Program-made: the position numbers and the translations under genes
Shown here: one piece after another, positions 37,345 to 47,814 of the stretch
How the letters are laid out: each line of letters starts with the position of its first letter
Position numbering within the stretch: position 1 is the first letter of the stretch
The notes under the pieces: model-generated
What the model was told of the DNA's origin: nothing
Databases searched by the model: none
The model's input: the letters and a program-made list of their open reading frames with translations, nothing else
NCBI GenBank assembly: GCA_000092065.1
Contig: CP000589.1
Reading direction: 5' to 3' (one strand)
Length of the DNA stretch: 64,000 nucleotides
From: Ostreococcus lucimarinus
Lineage: Eukaryota

Positions 37345-38724
37345 TTGCCCTCGGCAGACCACGACGTCGTCGCGATGGTACGGAACGGTGTCGCGATACC
37401 ATTGCGATGGGTCGTCGTCGTTGCGCTCTCGAGCGCTAGACGTGCGCGAGCGCAGGCGTCGGACACGTTCGTCGCCGAGTGCGCGGCGGAACGACTTGAG
37501 GCGCTCGTGTCCGCGTGCGACGCGAACTCTGAAGCTACGTTCGATCGAAACGAGTGCTGCGTGAGACTGCGAGAATTGGACTCGCGCGATTGTTTTTGCA
37601 ACGTCAATCTCGGCGCGGTCGATTTCGAACTTCGCCGAAGGGCGCTGCCGGAGGTGCTTCGCGCGGAGCGCTTGTGCGACGCGAGACTCAAGTTTGGCAA
37701 CGAGTGCGCGCCGTTGCCGCGGTTTCCACCGTTGAACGTGCAGCCACCACCACAGGCACCATCACAGGCACCACAACAACCACCACGGGCACCATCAACG
37801 CCGCCGCCACCGCCCGCGATCGTCTCGCCCGCGATTATCTCTCCGATTCAAGCCACGTGCTCGGTCGACGGCTTGGTGACTTTGATTCAAGCGGGATGCG
37901 CGTCCATCGTAGATTCAACGGATTCTGTACTCAGACAACGCGTTACCTCTGAGTGTTGTAGAGCTCTCGTTAAACTCAACGACGAGCGGTGCTTTTGCTC
38001 GGAAGGAGACATGATTCAAGAACTCCTTCGAGAGTTCCCCGCAAACTTTGGCGGCATGTTCAAGGCTGCGCCGAACGTGTGCGGGTCGACGATCGTCGGT
38101 GGTTGGCAATGTCTCCCGTTCGTCGATAGGACACCACCACCGTCGCCGCCGCCACCGGCGTCACCACCACCGTCGCGAGCGATTCAACGCGCACCGTTGC
38201 CCCCGTTCATAGGTCGCACGTTTGGGTTGGAGCGAGACGTCGTGGAAACGATCACGCGAGACGTGCAAACTCGCGTGTGCGGTATTTCGGCGTATGCCAA
38301 CATTCTAGACGCTGGGTGCGCTCGCTTGCCATTTCTCGATGTTTCAACCAATCGCGCGAAACGGTGTTGCGAGCTCATCGCGCTGATGAACGCGGCTCTT
38401 TGTTTCTGCGAATCGGCGCTCGCCCCGCTCATCGCGAGCACGAGCGCCGTCGTCGAGCCCATGTTCGCCGCCACGACATCGAAGTGTCGTCCTGGTTTTC
38501 AAACTTTTGCGCGTGGACTCACGGAAGATTCATGTCTCGCCGTCGACGCCCCGCTTCCGGCGTCGCCGCCGCCGCCGGCCGCGCCGCCGGCCGCGCCGCC
38601 GCGAAATCCCGACGGTTCCGTCGTCTTCGGCGTGTGGTGGCCTTTCGCTCCGCGATCGCGTCAAAGTGATTCGCCTCCATTGTGGCCCGAGCGTCCTCGC
38701 GTTCCCCCGGTGCTCATCGGTTAG
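37345..38724 (+). CDS. Secreted protein with three tandem 8-cysteine-motif (nsLTP/bifunctional-inhibitor-like) domains joined by Pro-rich linkers
   Basis: Signal peptide (MVRNGVAIPLRWVVVVALSSARRARAQ from ATG 37375). Three repeats of C-Xn-C-Xn-CC-Xn-CXC-Xn-C-Xn-C (for example CSVDG...GCASI...ECCRAL...CFCSEG...CGST...CLP), separated by PPPQAPSQAPQQPP- and PPPSPPPPASPPPS-type linkers, with a Pro-rich C-terminus. Confidence 0.55.
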   Translation: MPSADHDVVAMVRNGVAIPLRWVVVVALSSARRARAQASDTFVAECAAERLEALVSACDANSEATFDRNECCVRLRELDSRDCFCNVNLGAVDFELRRRALPEVLRAERLCDARLKFGNECAPLPRFPPLNVQPPPQAPSQAPQQPPRAPSTPPPPPAIVSPAIISPIQATCSVDGLVTLIQAGCASIVDSTDSVLRQRVTSECCRALVKLNDERCFCSEGDMIQELLREFPANFGGMFKAAPNVCGSTIVGGWQCLPFVDRTPPPSPPPPASPPPSRAIQRAPLPPFIGRTFGLERDVVETITRDVQTRVCGISAYANILDAGCARLPFLDVSTNRAKRCCELIALMNAALCFCESALAPLIASTSAVVEPMFAATTSKCRPGFQTFARGLTEDSCLAVDAPLPASPPPPAAPPAAPPRNPDGSVVFGVWWPFAPRSRQSDSPPLWPERPRVPPVLIG

Positions 38725-38836
38725 CGTTCGTTCGCTCGCTTGTATTGTAACTGTCACGCAGTGTCAACGACCTTTGCGCGCCACACGCGCGCGACCGCGA
38801 CCGCGAGGCGCGGCGCGCACCGGACTCGCGCGCGCG

Positions 38837-40171
38837 ATGACGACACGCGCATCGGTGTCGACGTCGTCGTCGACGCTCCGTCGTCTCCCGCGCGCGGTGC
38901 GATGGAACGCGCGCCGGACCGCGAGGATTGGGACGCGCGCGGCGTCGACGCGAAAACCGCCCAACGCGATGACGTCCACGAAGCGCGCGGTGTCCATGCC
39001 CGAGATCCGCGAGCGACGCGCGTTGATACCGTACTTTAACGACGCGCGAGAGCGACCGGTGTACGTCGGGGACGCGGCGCGCGCGAAAATCGCTGCGAGG
39101 AAAGTGGAAGATTTTTTGGCGCTTCCGCGCGAGGAGACGAGCGACGCGCTGCGAGCGCTCCGGGCGATCGTCGAGGACGGATGGGCGACGCACGAGCGCG
39201 AGGGATGCGGACACGCGCGACAGTGGCCAGAGATTTTCGTCGCCGCGAGCGCGTTGATACGCGAACAATTTCCGCAGTTTGGCGTCGCGTCCGAAATTTT
39301 ACCGGGCACGGGGTGGGGGACGGAGAGCGAGGCGATCGATTGGGTGATTCGGCGACCTGAGAAGCACATCATCGCGTCGAAGATACATTTCGCCACGCGT
39401 TTACATCGTGATCCGGATTCATGGACGAATCCAGCGACGACGCAACGGCCGCGCGACGGGTGGCCCGAGTTGTCGATGCCAGACCGCAGTCGCTACCAGT
39501 ACCGCTTCATCAACGTGCACCTCACGACGAGCGCGCTCGATCCTACCGGCAACGCGTGGCAAAGCCCGTTGGTAGTAATGCTTCCACGCGATGGCGGCGC
39601 GCGAGAGTGGGCTTTCGTGAAACGAAAGCTCGAGATGACGAGCGAAGGTGCCAAAGACGAAAACAACTTTGACGACAAGCTCAACATTTTCGATCCCAAA
39701 ACGTGGATCATCCGCGGCAACCGCCTGACGCGAGGCGCGTACACGAAAGAATCGAAAGTCAAAGACGACACCGATACGCGTGGTGCCGATGGAATGACGG
39801 ACGCTGAACGTGACTTCGAGTTCCCCGAAGTCGTTTCGCAAGACGACCAAGAATTCGTGTCAAACGGCGCGATTATGTTTGACTCGTTTGATTGTTGGCA
39901 CGGCGCGGCGAAGTGGCAAGAGGACAAAGCTTTTAAAAAGACGCTCACGGATGTCGACCCCAAGGGTCGACAGCCGTTTCATTCAGCGCGATGTTCGATC
40001 GAAATGCGATTTCGCGTGCGCATAGACATGAACGCCGCCGGCGCTGAGAAACTCCAGTGGGGTCCTTTCACTTCGGCGGTGCGAGACGGAAAATTCCTCG
40101 ACGAACCGCTTCGAGATTCCGAGGCGCGATACGATCTCGCTCGAGGGCGTATCGTTCGTGCGACGCGTTAG
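38837..40171 (+). CDS. Hypothetical protein (444 aa), organelle-targeted; no recognised domain
   Basis: ATG at 38837 (MTTRASVSTSSSTLRRL). Well-balanced, non-repetitive composition with conserved-looking aromatic positions (WPEIFVAASALIREQFPQFG, YQYRFINVHLTTSALDPTGNAWQSPLVVMLPRDGG, FDCWHGAAKWQEDKAF). Confidence 0.45.
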   Translation: MTTRASVSTSSSTLRRLPRAVRWNARRTARIGTRAASTRKPPNAMTSTKRAVSMPEIRERRALIPYFNDARERPVYVGDAARAKIAARKVEDFLALPREETSDALRALRAIVEDGWATHEREGCGHARQWPEIFVAASALIREQFPQFGVASEILPGTGWGTESEAIDWVIRRPEKHIIASKIHFATRLHRDPDSWTNPATTQRPRDGWPELSMPDRSRYQYRFINVHLTTSALDPTGNAWQSPLVVMLPRDGGAREWAFVKRKLEMTSEGAKDENNFDDKLNIFDPKTWIIRGNRLTRGAYTKESKVKDDTDTRGADGMTDAERDFEFPEVVSQDDQEFVSNGAIMFDSFDCWHGAAKWQEDKAFKKTLTDVDPKGRQPFHSARCSIEMRFRVRIDMNAAGAEKLQWGPFTSAVRDGKFLDEPLRDSEARYDLARGRIVRATR

Positions 40172-40201
40172 AGATGGTGTACTTTTCGTATTAATAATAA
40201 A

Positions 40202-40984
40202 TTACAGCTTGCGTTCGATGGAGATGGTGAACACCAACGCGTCGCCCGGTTTAATAAATCGTCCAGAGCCTCGCGCGCCGTACGCCAGCTCCGAAGGACA
40301 GAACAGCTGCCACTCGTCGCCCTCTCGCATCAATCGCATCGCCTCCGTCCACGCCTTGATGACTTGCTTCGGCGCGAACGTGATCGGTTTCCCGCGCTTG
40401 TACGACGAATCGAACTCCGTGCCGTCGATCAACGTCCCCGCGTAGTGGCACTCGCACGGCGTGTCCATCTTGATGTTCCCCGGCCCCGTTCCATTTTTTA
40501 TCGCGCGATACTGCAGCCCGCTGGCCAGGGTCACCACGCCCTCCTCCCGCGAATTCGCCTCCAGCCACGCCCGATCGCGCGCGTTCGTCATCTCTCGCCC
40601 CTCCGGCCATCGCGCGAGCTTCAGCGACGCCGTCTCCGGTCCCTCCGCGAGGCGCGCGACGACTTCGTCGAGCGACATCCCTCGCGCGTCGACGCCGTTC
40701 ACCTCTCGCACGACGTCACCCCGTCGCGCGTCGAGCGCTTCGACGGCGACGTTTCCATCGGCGCTGACGTCCGCGATCCACGCCCCTCGATCGCGCGCGC
40801 CCTGCTCGAGCGTCAGCCCCAGCGGTTTTCGCGCCTCGATCGCGACGACGCGCGGGACGTCGTCGGACGCGGACGACGCGGACGCGCGGGACGCGCGCGC
40901 GCGGAGACGCGCGCGTGGAGACGCGCTTTGAGACGCGCGAACGCGCGCGCCGACGCGCGTCGTCGTGAACGTCGTCGTCGCCAT
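40202..40984 (-). CDS. FKBP-type peptidyl-prolyl cis-trans isomerase with a PDZ-like domain, chloroplast/lumen-targeted
   Basis: The FKBP domain (VVTLASGLQYRAIKNGTGPGN...DTPCECHYAGTLIDGTEFDSSYKRGKPITFAPKQVIKAWTEAMRLMREGDEWQLFCPSELAYGARG...IKPGDALVFTISIERKL) follows a PDZ-like segment and an S/R/A transit peptide. Confidence 0.8.
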   Translation of the reverse strand: MATTTFTTTRVGARVRASQSASPRARLRARASRASASSASDDVPRVVAIEARKPLGLTLEQGARDRGAWIADVSADGNVAVEALDARRGDVVREVNGVDARGMSLDEVVARLAEGPETASLKLARWPEGREMTNARDRAWLEANSREEGVVTLASGLQYRAIKNGTGPGNIKMDTPCECHYAGTLIDGTEFDSSYKRGKPITFAPKQVIKAWTEAMRLMREGDEWQLFCPSELAYGARGSGRFIKPGDALVFTISIERKL

Positions 40985-41069
40985 CGCGCGACGCGACGTG
41001 CGGGACGTTCGATCGATCGATCGTTCGCGACAGAGCGCGGCGCGAACGGCGCGACGGCCGACGGCGACG

Positions 41070-44000
41070 ATGGCGCGCGCGGACGACGATGACGATTACG
41101 ATGACGACGTCGATGACGACGATCGAGGACGCGGCGCGACGTACGCGGACGCGGGGGCGCGAGACGACGACGACGACGACGATTACGACGGCGCGTCCGA
41201 AGACGCGATGGACGCGAGCGACGACGGCGACGCGTACGAAGACGAGAGCGAGAGCGAGAGCGAGGACGATGATTACGACGAAGACGTCGGGAAGACGAAG
41301 AAGCGCGGGAAAACGGGACGGACGACGCGGGCGAGCGGGGGGGCGGTGGTGGTGGTGCCGACGACGACGGGACGCGGCGAGCGAGGCGTGAAGGTGGCGT
41401 CGGTGAACGCGGACGACGCCCTGAGGGCGCAGTTGAGTGGGAAACAGGATCCCATGGCGTTCGTCATCTCGAGCTCGGTGCCGGAAACGGGAGAGGTGTT
41501 GAAGTTTACGTCGTTGTTGCACAACGCGCGAGACGGACGAACGTACGCGGCGGCGTTCGGGGACGCCAGACGAGGCGCGGGAGAGGACGACGCGTCCAAG
41601 GCGACGAATCGAAGATTAGACATGGAACAACGAGAAGACGACGGGGGGGGGAGCGAGAACGACGAAGATTACGATGAAGACGCCGAGGACGGGGACGAAG
41701 ACGACGCCGCGTGGTTCGCCAAGGTTGACGAAAATTTTCCGCTCGAGCGGTACGCGACTTTAAATCCCACGCTGAGCGACGACGAGGACGACGATGAGTA
41801 CTACGCCGATAACGAGGCCGCGCGGCCGGCGTTAGACGTCGGCGAAGCCGAGGCTCGCATGAAACCGCGTAGAGGCGAGAGCGGGTTGGAAAACGAAGAG
41901 TGGGAGCGCGGAGTGGTCTGGGGCGCAGATTCCGACGAAGACGAAGAGATTCGTCTCGCCGCGGTCGGTATCGACACCGTGGGCGCGTTCAAAAAGCCGC
42001 GACGCGGCGAAGAGACGGACTTGTCATCGCAAGTGACGGTTCCGTCGTTACCCCCGGCCACCGCGCTCGCGTCGGCGACGTCGAGATCTTGGGGAGAGCT
42101 CGACGGGGAGAGCCCGAGCGGCGGCGCGAGCTCGTTCGATAGCGCCGTCTCGGATTACATGCGACATCTCAGCTTGTACGGCGTCGTAGACGAGAAGCAG
42201 CAGAGCGGTGATGTGGACATGACGGACGCCAACGCCGCGCGTGGGGCGGGTGAAATGCTGCGCATGCGAAATCACGACTTCGCGAACGGGCGTTGGTTGG
42301 GCGACGTCGAGTGGGAGGGTAAACCGCGTCAAGTCATCGATCCACATCGCAAGTACATCTTGCCAAAGGTGCAAGTGAACCCGAACGATCCGAGATTGGT
42401 GTTGCAGTACAAGGGTGATTTAGAAGCGACGGTGTGGAAATGGGCCAACGCCGTCATGGCGCCGAGCTGGGATCTCGATCCCGTCAACGACATCGACGAG
42501 GCGTTGAATATCAGCATGGATGACAAGTACAAGGAGGAAAACGAGCAAACTGTAGACACTGGCGAGCGTCCCCCGAGACAAGGACGAATTGACGGCATTC
42601 AACACGCCGAATTCCTTCTCACGTCGGTGCCCCAACTCGTTCGCGATCCCCTCAACGATTATCCCGCGCCCAGGCCAATGCTGCGACCGCCGACGGTGCT
42701 CCCGAAACACGCCACGGCGTCGATGAAAATTAAAATCGCGGGGTCGGAGTTGCAAACGTTTAAGGTTTGCATCAAATCGCTCAATATTCACAGTGCGGTG
42801 ATAAACTTGAAAGTTCGCGGTACCGACACCATCGGAAGCGTCATCCCTCGCATTCGCAAGCGCTGGACCGACTTAGACGGTCCTATTCACTTGTACTACC
42901 CGGGAAGTCCGAAGCCGAACGAAAAGTTGAACGAAGAAATGACGCTCGTCGATGCGGGCTTGCAAGCGCAAGTCGGCTTGCCGATCATCTATCTCGTGGC
43001 TCCGAAGGTTACGTTCATCAGCGAAGAGGCGGCGTTGGCGCCCCTCGCTTCCGACGCCGTTCTCGCGCCCCCGGGCGCGTACAAAAAACCCTCGGATTTG
43101 TCGGCGCGAAGTGGTACGCTGATGATGGTGCAGTACACAGAAGCGCGCCCGCCGCTCATCGCTAAGCCTGGTATGGGAGCAAAGAAGGTTGTGTACTATC
43201 GCAGAAAGACGCTCGGCGATCAAGGCGCGCGTCCATACGCCAACGCGACGACGACTGTCATTGATCTCAAGCCGAACGCGCCGTCACCCTTCCTCGCCGA
43301 ACTTCCTCCTGGGCGAGGCATAACGGCCCTTGAAACGAGCATGTTCAGAGCACCGTTGTTTCAGCAAGCAAAGTCTGATGACTACGTTGATTTTCTTCTC
43401 ATCAGAGCTCCGAACGGCAAGTTGACGCTTCGCGAAGCGCCGTCGCTTCACCTGGCTGGACAACAAGAGCCACACGTAGAGATTCCGGCGCCGGGGAGTG
43501 ACATGCTCAAAGACTTTGAAGAGCGTCTCGTCAACGCCACCGTACTCCGCTACTTCTTGAACCTGCAAGCGAAAGGGCTCATCGAACCCGGCACGATGCC
43601 GACGGTGAAATCGACCGACGTCGCGGCGACGCTCTCGCACGCGCTTTCCGTTCGAGATGTTCGCAAAAATATTCGCCGAAAGATTTGCGCGGTGCGCCGC
43701 GGCGCCGAGGCAAATGAGGATGAGTATGTTCTCAATCCTTCGTACCGATTCGAGCACGAAAAAGAGGTGCAACGGATGGCGACGCCAGAAGAAGTGTGCG
43801 CGTACGAGTCGTATCGTCACGCGGTTGCTGTACTCTGCAAGGACCGCGATCGCGACGAACAGGAGCGAATTTTACGATTGTCGTCTCTTTCGCTTCAACA
43901 GTTGAAGAATGCGGTGACCATCTTGATCCGACACAGCGAGGGCAAGCGCAAGCGTCAACTGGAGAACTTGGAGTTGTGGCTGCAAATTCAGCCGTGGGCG

Positions 44001-45749
44001 CAAACGCACGAATTCCTTCAGGCTTCGCTGGGCACGAAGGGAATTTTACATCTCGAGACGTCGAGGAGAATCCAGCGACTCACTGGAAAGTTCTACAACT
44101 ATATTCGACGTATGACTGTACCAGATCCTCCGGAAGATCGTCGACCTCGCCGCGAGCCCGGAACCGTGACGGGGACGAATGCCGATCTCCGTAAGCTTAC
44201 GATGCCTCAGGCGCAACGCATCCTTGAAAACTTTGGGGTAGAGAAGGAAGTGATTCTCAGGCTTGAACGATGGAAGAGAATCGGTTTGATTCGTGAATTG
44301 TCTGGTGCTGCGACCGCGGATGGCACGAACTCTCACGCGGGCATGGCGCGTTTCGCCCGTCGCTTGCGAGTGAGCGAAGCGGACCAACTCAAAGAGATTC
44401 GCGAACATTCTGATTTGCTCTTCAAAAGACAGATGAAGCAATATTCTCAGCGACACACGCGTCACGAAGATTCTTCGAGCGGTGGCGAGACGGATGAAGA
44501 CGATTCGTCGAGCGACAGTGAAAGTGAAAGCGATTCTTTGGCAGATGAGTTGGAAAAGCAACTCGAAGAAAAGGCTGCCAAGGATGCGCCGAACGAAGAA
44601 GACGAACGCGCCGAGCTCGAGGCGCTTCGTAACGCCCTTAAGGACGGTAGTTCCATCGAGCCATCCGTTGACCCGATGAAGGCTTTGGCGCAAGGCATTT
44701 TGGTGCCCGGAAAGAAGCTGAAATTGAAGCGAGTTTCGACCCACATCTTCCCAGACGGTCGATCCGCCAAGGTGGAGGACGACATCACCGAGTACGCGGG
44801 AGAGGCTTGGCTTCAAGCGCGCGCGCAAGGTGTCGAAGCCGCAGACGCTGCGACGACTGCTGCACTCATCGCATGCGGCATGGATAAGCCGCCAGAGCCG
44901 CCGAAGGAAGCCTTGGAGAGGAAGGAGCTCGACGACGAAGAAACTGGTCTTACTCCGGAAGCAAGAGCGCGTTACGAAATGCTTCGTCAGCGGAAACGTG
45001 CCAAGGAGCGCGTGCGACGAGCCGGCGAGAAGATCAAGCGTTTGCAGTCCATGGGCGTCACCGATGAAGGCGCGGACTTGGCGAACGCGCAAAAGTCGCC
45101 CGGAATCACGCCAAGCGAGAGGCCCGCACCCGTGGTTCCAGGTCCCGGTGGACTGAAAATTAAGCTTGGCGTCAGCAAGAAGACGATGGATAAAGTGTTC
45201 AGCTCTGGCGCGACGCCGCAGAAGAAATCCACGCTCGGTCGCAAGTTGCCTTGGGATAAAGTACTCATAAAAGTCACCGAAAGCGCAATGAAACATGGAA
45301 CATACGGCCAAGTGTTTACGCCGGCGGTGACGTTGTCAGACTACGCAAAGTTTGTTGAGCAACCCATGGATCTGGGCGCCATCATGGCACGCCTTCGCGA
45401 GGGCTTGTACAATGATCCCAGCGACTGGGCATCGGACGTCAAGTTGATCGCAGTCAACGCGCAGGCGTACCACGGGAGCGAAGAACCGGTTGAGCTTCGT
45501 CTGGATTGGGTTCCTGGGATGGCGGCGGACATGGTCAACTACATAGCCGATCAAGCGAAACGTCACGAAGCGGACATCAAGGCTTCGTTTTCGGATTTCT
45601 CCGCCGACTCTCTGCGCGTTGCGCGTCAGGGAGCCACGGCCGGTGGTGATAGCGCTCCAGCCGAAGTCAAAACCGAAGTTCCAACAGAGCCCGCGGCGCC
45701 GCCGAAGCCGCTTCCAAAGCTCAAGTTTTCGTTTGGAAAGAAATCGTAG
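41070..45749 (+). CDS. TAF1: TFIID subunit TAF1 (plant HAF-type: ubiquitin-like domain, DUF3591/HAT domain, C-terminal bromodomain)
   Basis: The acidic N-terminus derives from (GAC)n. Ubiquitin-like domain (HSAVINLKVRGTDTIGSVIPRIRKRW...LYYPG). DUF3591 collinear with human TAF1 (SMFRAPLFQQAKSDDYVDFLLIRAPNGKLTLREAPSLHLAGQQEPHVEIPAPGS...ATPEEVCAYESYRHAV). C-terminal bromodomain (YAKFVEQPMDLGAIMARLREGLYNDPSDWASDVKLIAVNAQAYH). ATG at 41070, 85 nt from the divergent FKBP start. Confidence 0.85.
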   Translation: MARADDDDDYDDDVDDDDRGRGATYADAGARDDDDDDDYDGASEDAMDASDDGDAYEDESESESEDDDYDEDVGKTKKRGKTGRTTRASGGAVVVVPTTTGRGERGVKVASVNADDALRAQLSGKQDPMAFVISSSVPETGEVLKFTSLLHNARDGRTYAAAFGDARRGAGEDDASKATNRRLDMEQREDDGGGSENDEDYDEDAEDGDEDDAAWFAKVDENFPLERYATLNPTLSDDEDDDEYYADNEAARPALDVGEAEARMKPRRGESGLENEEWERGVVWGADSDEDEEIRLAAVGIDTVGAFKKPRRGEETDLSSQVTVPSLPPATALASATSRSWGELDGESPSGGASSFDSAVSDYMRHLSLYGVVDEKQQSGDVDMTDANAARGAGEMLRMRNHDFANGRWLGDVEWEGKPRQVIDPHRKYILPKVQVNPNDPRLVLQYKGDLEATVWKWANAVMAPSWDLDPVNDIDEALNISMDDKYKEENEQTVDTGERPPRQGRIDGIQHAEFLLTSVPQLVRDPLNDYPAPRPMLRPPTVLPKHATASMKIKIAGSELQTFKVCIKSLNIHSAVINLKVRGTDTIGSVIPRIRKRWTDLDGPIHLYYPGSPKPNEKLNEEMTLVDAGLQAQVGLPIIYLVAPKVTFISEEAALAPLASDAVLAPPGAYKKPSDLSARSGTLMMVQYTEARPPLIAKPGMGAKKVVYYRRKTLGDQGARPYANATTTVIDLKPNAPSPFLAELPPGRGITALETSMFRAPLFQQAKSDDYVDFLLIRAPNGKLTLREAPSLHLAGQQEPHVEIPAPGSDMLKDFEERLVNATVLRYFLNLQAKGLIEPGTMPTVKSTDVAATLSHALSVRDVRKNIRRKICAVRRGAEANEDEYVLNPSYRFEHEKEVQRMATPEEVCAYESYRHAVAVLCKDRDRDEQERILRLSSLSLQQLKNAVTILIRHSEGKRKRQLENLELWLQIQPWAQTHEFLQASLGTKGILHLETSRRIQRLTGKFYNYIRRMTVPDPPEDRRPRREPGTVTGTNADLRKLTMPQAQRILENFGVEKEVILRLERWKRIGLIRELSGAATADGTNSHAGMARFARRLRVSEADQLKEIREHSDLLFKRQMKQYSQRHTRHEDSSSGGETDEDDSSSDSESESDSLADELEKQLEEKAAKDAPNEEDERAELEALRNALKDGSSIEPSVDPMKALAQGILVPGKKLKLKRVSTHIFPDGRSAKVEDDITEYAGEAWLQARAQGVEAADAATTAALIACGMDKPPEPPKEALERKELDDEETGLTPEARARYEMLRQRKRAKERVRRAGEKIKRLQSMGVTDEGADLANAQKSPGITPSERPAPVVPGPGGLKIKLGVSKKTMDKVFSSGATPQKKSTLGRKLPWDKVLIKVTESAMKHGTYGQVFTPAVTLSDYAKFVEQPMDLGAIMARLREGLYNDPSDWASDVKLIAVNAQAYHGSEEPVELRLDWVPGMAADMVNYIADQAKRHEADIKASFSDFSADSLRVARQGATAGGDSAPAEVKTEVPTEPAAPPKPLPKLKFSFGKKS

Positions 45750-45890
45750 AAATAACTCGGTCGCACGGCACACGCATGCATAGATTACGCGTTGTGACGA
45801 CGAAACACAAACGATTAGAATAGATGATTCGGCGTTTCCCCCATTATTACAAAACGTTAAAACGCACCCGAGCTCGATGCGATGGCAAGT

Positions 45891-46307
45891 CTACACGCCA
45901 GGAGGCCACGAAAGTTGTTGCCCTCCGATGACGTGGACGTGCAAGTGATACACGCTTTGACATCCCTCCACGCCATCGTTTATCACGCACCGGTATCCCG
46001 CATCGAGGTTTTCTTGCTTCGCCACCACGCTCGCGGTGTACATCAAGTGCCCTAAGAGCGTCTTGTGTTCCTCCGTAGCCTTGCTCAGGCGCGTCAACCC
46101 GGCGCGAATCTTCGGAATGACCAAAAAGTGCGTCTTCGCCTGCGGGTTCACGTCTCGAAACGCCATCGCCAGCGCGTCTTCGTACAATATCGTCGCCGGG
46201 ATCTCTTTCGCGACAATCTTATCGAAGATCGTGCGCTCATCCGCGTCGTCCAGGCCGCGTAAATGCGCCTCTTGCGCCGCGAGCACTTCGTCGTGCGGCG
46301 TCGCCAT
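45891..46307 (-). CDS. HINT: HIT-family protein, HINT (histidine triad nucleotide-binding protein)
   Basis: TIFDKIVAKEIPATILYEDALAMAFRDVNPQAKTHFLVIPK...LLGHLMYTA...GYRCVINDGVEGCQSVYHLHVHVIGGQQLSWPPG is the canonical HxHxHxx triad. ATG at 46307 (MATPHDEV). An upstream in-frame Met (46430) could add a targeting peptide. Confidence 0.8.
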   Translation of the reverse strand: MATPHDEVLAAQEAHLRGLDDADERTIFDKIVAKEIPATILYEDALAMAFRDVNPQAKTHFLVIPKIRAGLTRLSKATEEHKTLLGHLMYTASVVAKQENLDAGYRCVINDGVEGCQSVYHLHVHVIGGQQLSWPPGV

Positions 46308-46998
46308 CGTCGTCCCGAGCGTTCGTTTCCAGCGTCGTTCGCGCGCGCGTCGCGCGAGGGTGCGGCGTAAATGCGAACACGCGCGCGCGCTCGTTCGTTC
46401 CGTGCACGCACGCGCGGCGCGCACCAACATCAACCGACCACCGCGGAGTGACGGGTCGGACCGTCGCGCCGCGTCGAGTCCGCGGGTCGTTGGCGCGCGC
46501 GGCGACGGCGACAGAGCCGGACGCTCGGACACTCGGACACGCGTCGTCGGTGCGCGCGACGCGACGCGACGCGACGCGAACGACGCGACGCGCGCGCTCT
46601 CCGCTCGCGCGCGCTCTCCGCTCGGGTGTCAATAATCCTAACGACGGCGACGCCTCAAAGCCACGTCCGCCGTCGTCTTGTAGCGCACCGACATTGAATG
46701 CGAGATTAGGCCCTCGCGCCGCGTCGCGCGAAACGACGCGTCGCACGCGAACGACGATGACTCGGGCACGCCCGCGTCGTCGTCGATCATGGACGCGTCA
46801 TCGCCGACGCGGGACACGCGATGTGAATGGAAAAGGACTCGCGCGGGGTTCCAGCGGCGGCGGGACGCGCGACGCGCGGGACGCGTTCGGGTCCGCGATC
46901 GCACTGACGCGATTCCGACGTCGAAACCGCGCGAACGGTGACTGACGATGCGTGCATTTTGCTTTTTGTGCGCCCTCGCAGACGGTCGGCGCGTCGTC

Positions 46999-47748
46999 AT
47001 GGCGAGCGAGAGCAGCGAGAGCGAGGACGACGGGTTGCGACGACGGGCGCTCGCGGTGGACGGCGAACCGGACTATTCCACCGGGCCGCCCATGGATGGT
47101 TTTGAGTATCTCAGGCGGGTGGCGTTCGAGGCGAGACAAACACCGGACATCATGCGGGCGGAAAATATGGATTTGACCGCTCTGGAGGAAGAGACGGCGA
47201 CGAGCGGCGGCGTAACGGCGGACGAGGAGACCGAGTTCGCGCCGCCGGCGTGGGCGAAACCCGATCGCGCGTGGGTGAGAAGGACGGTGGGTGATTTTAG
47301 TGATTTGAGGGTACGATTATCACGGATATTAGCGCGCTTTCCGACAAGCGTGAGACGCGGATCCTATCCATCGAACGCCGATAAACGCGACTGGGAAAGA
47401 TTTTGCGTTGACGTTCGCGAGCCTCCACTCGGGGCCCTCGTCGCCATGGACGCCGTGACGTGTGCGTATTTACTACGACATATCTCACGCGGATTGTTCA
47501 GATACGACTACGACAGCGACGGCGTGGATGTCGACGACGTCATCAGACGTTTGCGGTGGTTTCACGCCCTCGTCGCGCGCGTCGATCTTCCGCTAGATGC
47601 CGACACCGAAGCGTCGATACGATCGGCGATGAAAGGTGTGGCTCGAGGTAGGCTGTCGACTTCATCTGAGGACGACGAGCTGCTGCCGCACTTGAATTTA
47701 GCCATCGCAATAGGGGGAGGGTATTTCAAACAGTGGCGCGGTGAGTAA
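46999..47748 (+). CDS. Gemin2/SIP1-like protein (SMN-complex component)
   Basis: GPPMDGFEYLRRVAFEARQTPDIM matches the Gemin2 N-terminal signature (PPtsgeEYLRRVqfEA), followed by the helical Gemin2 C-terminal region. ATG at 46999 (MASESSESED). Confidence 0.5.
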   Translation: MASESSESEDDGLRRRALAVDGEPDYSTGPPMDGFEYLRRVAFEARQTPDIMRAENMDLTALEEETATSGGVTADEETEFAPPAWAKPDRAWVRRTVGDFSDLRVRLSRILARFPTSVRRGSYPSNADKRDWERFCVDVREPPLGALVAMDAVTCAYLLRHISRGLFRYDYDSDGVDVDDVIRRLRWFHALVARVDLPLDADTEASIRSAMKGVARGRLSTSSEDDELLPHLNLAIAIGGGYFKQWRGE

Positions 47749-47814
47749 CGCCGTGCTTCCAAAAATAGATCACGGCGGCGGCAAATTCGTCACACACGGG
47801 CTGTCGGTGGCGAT

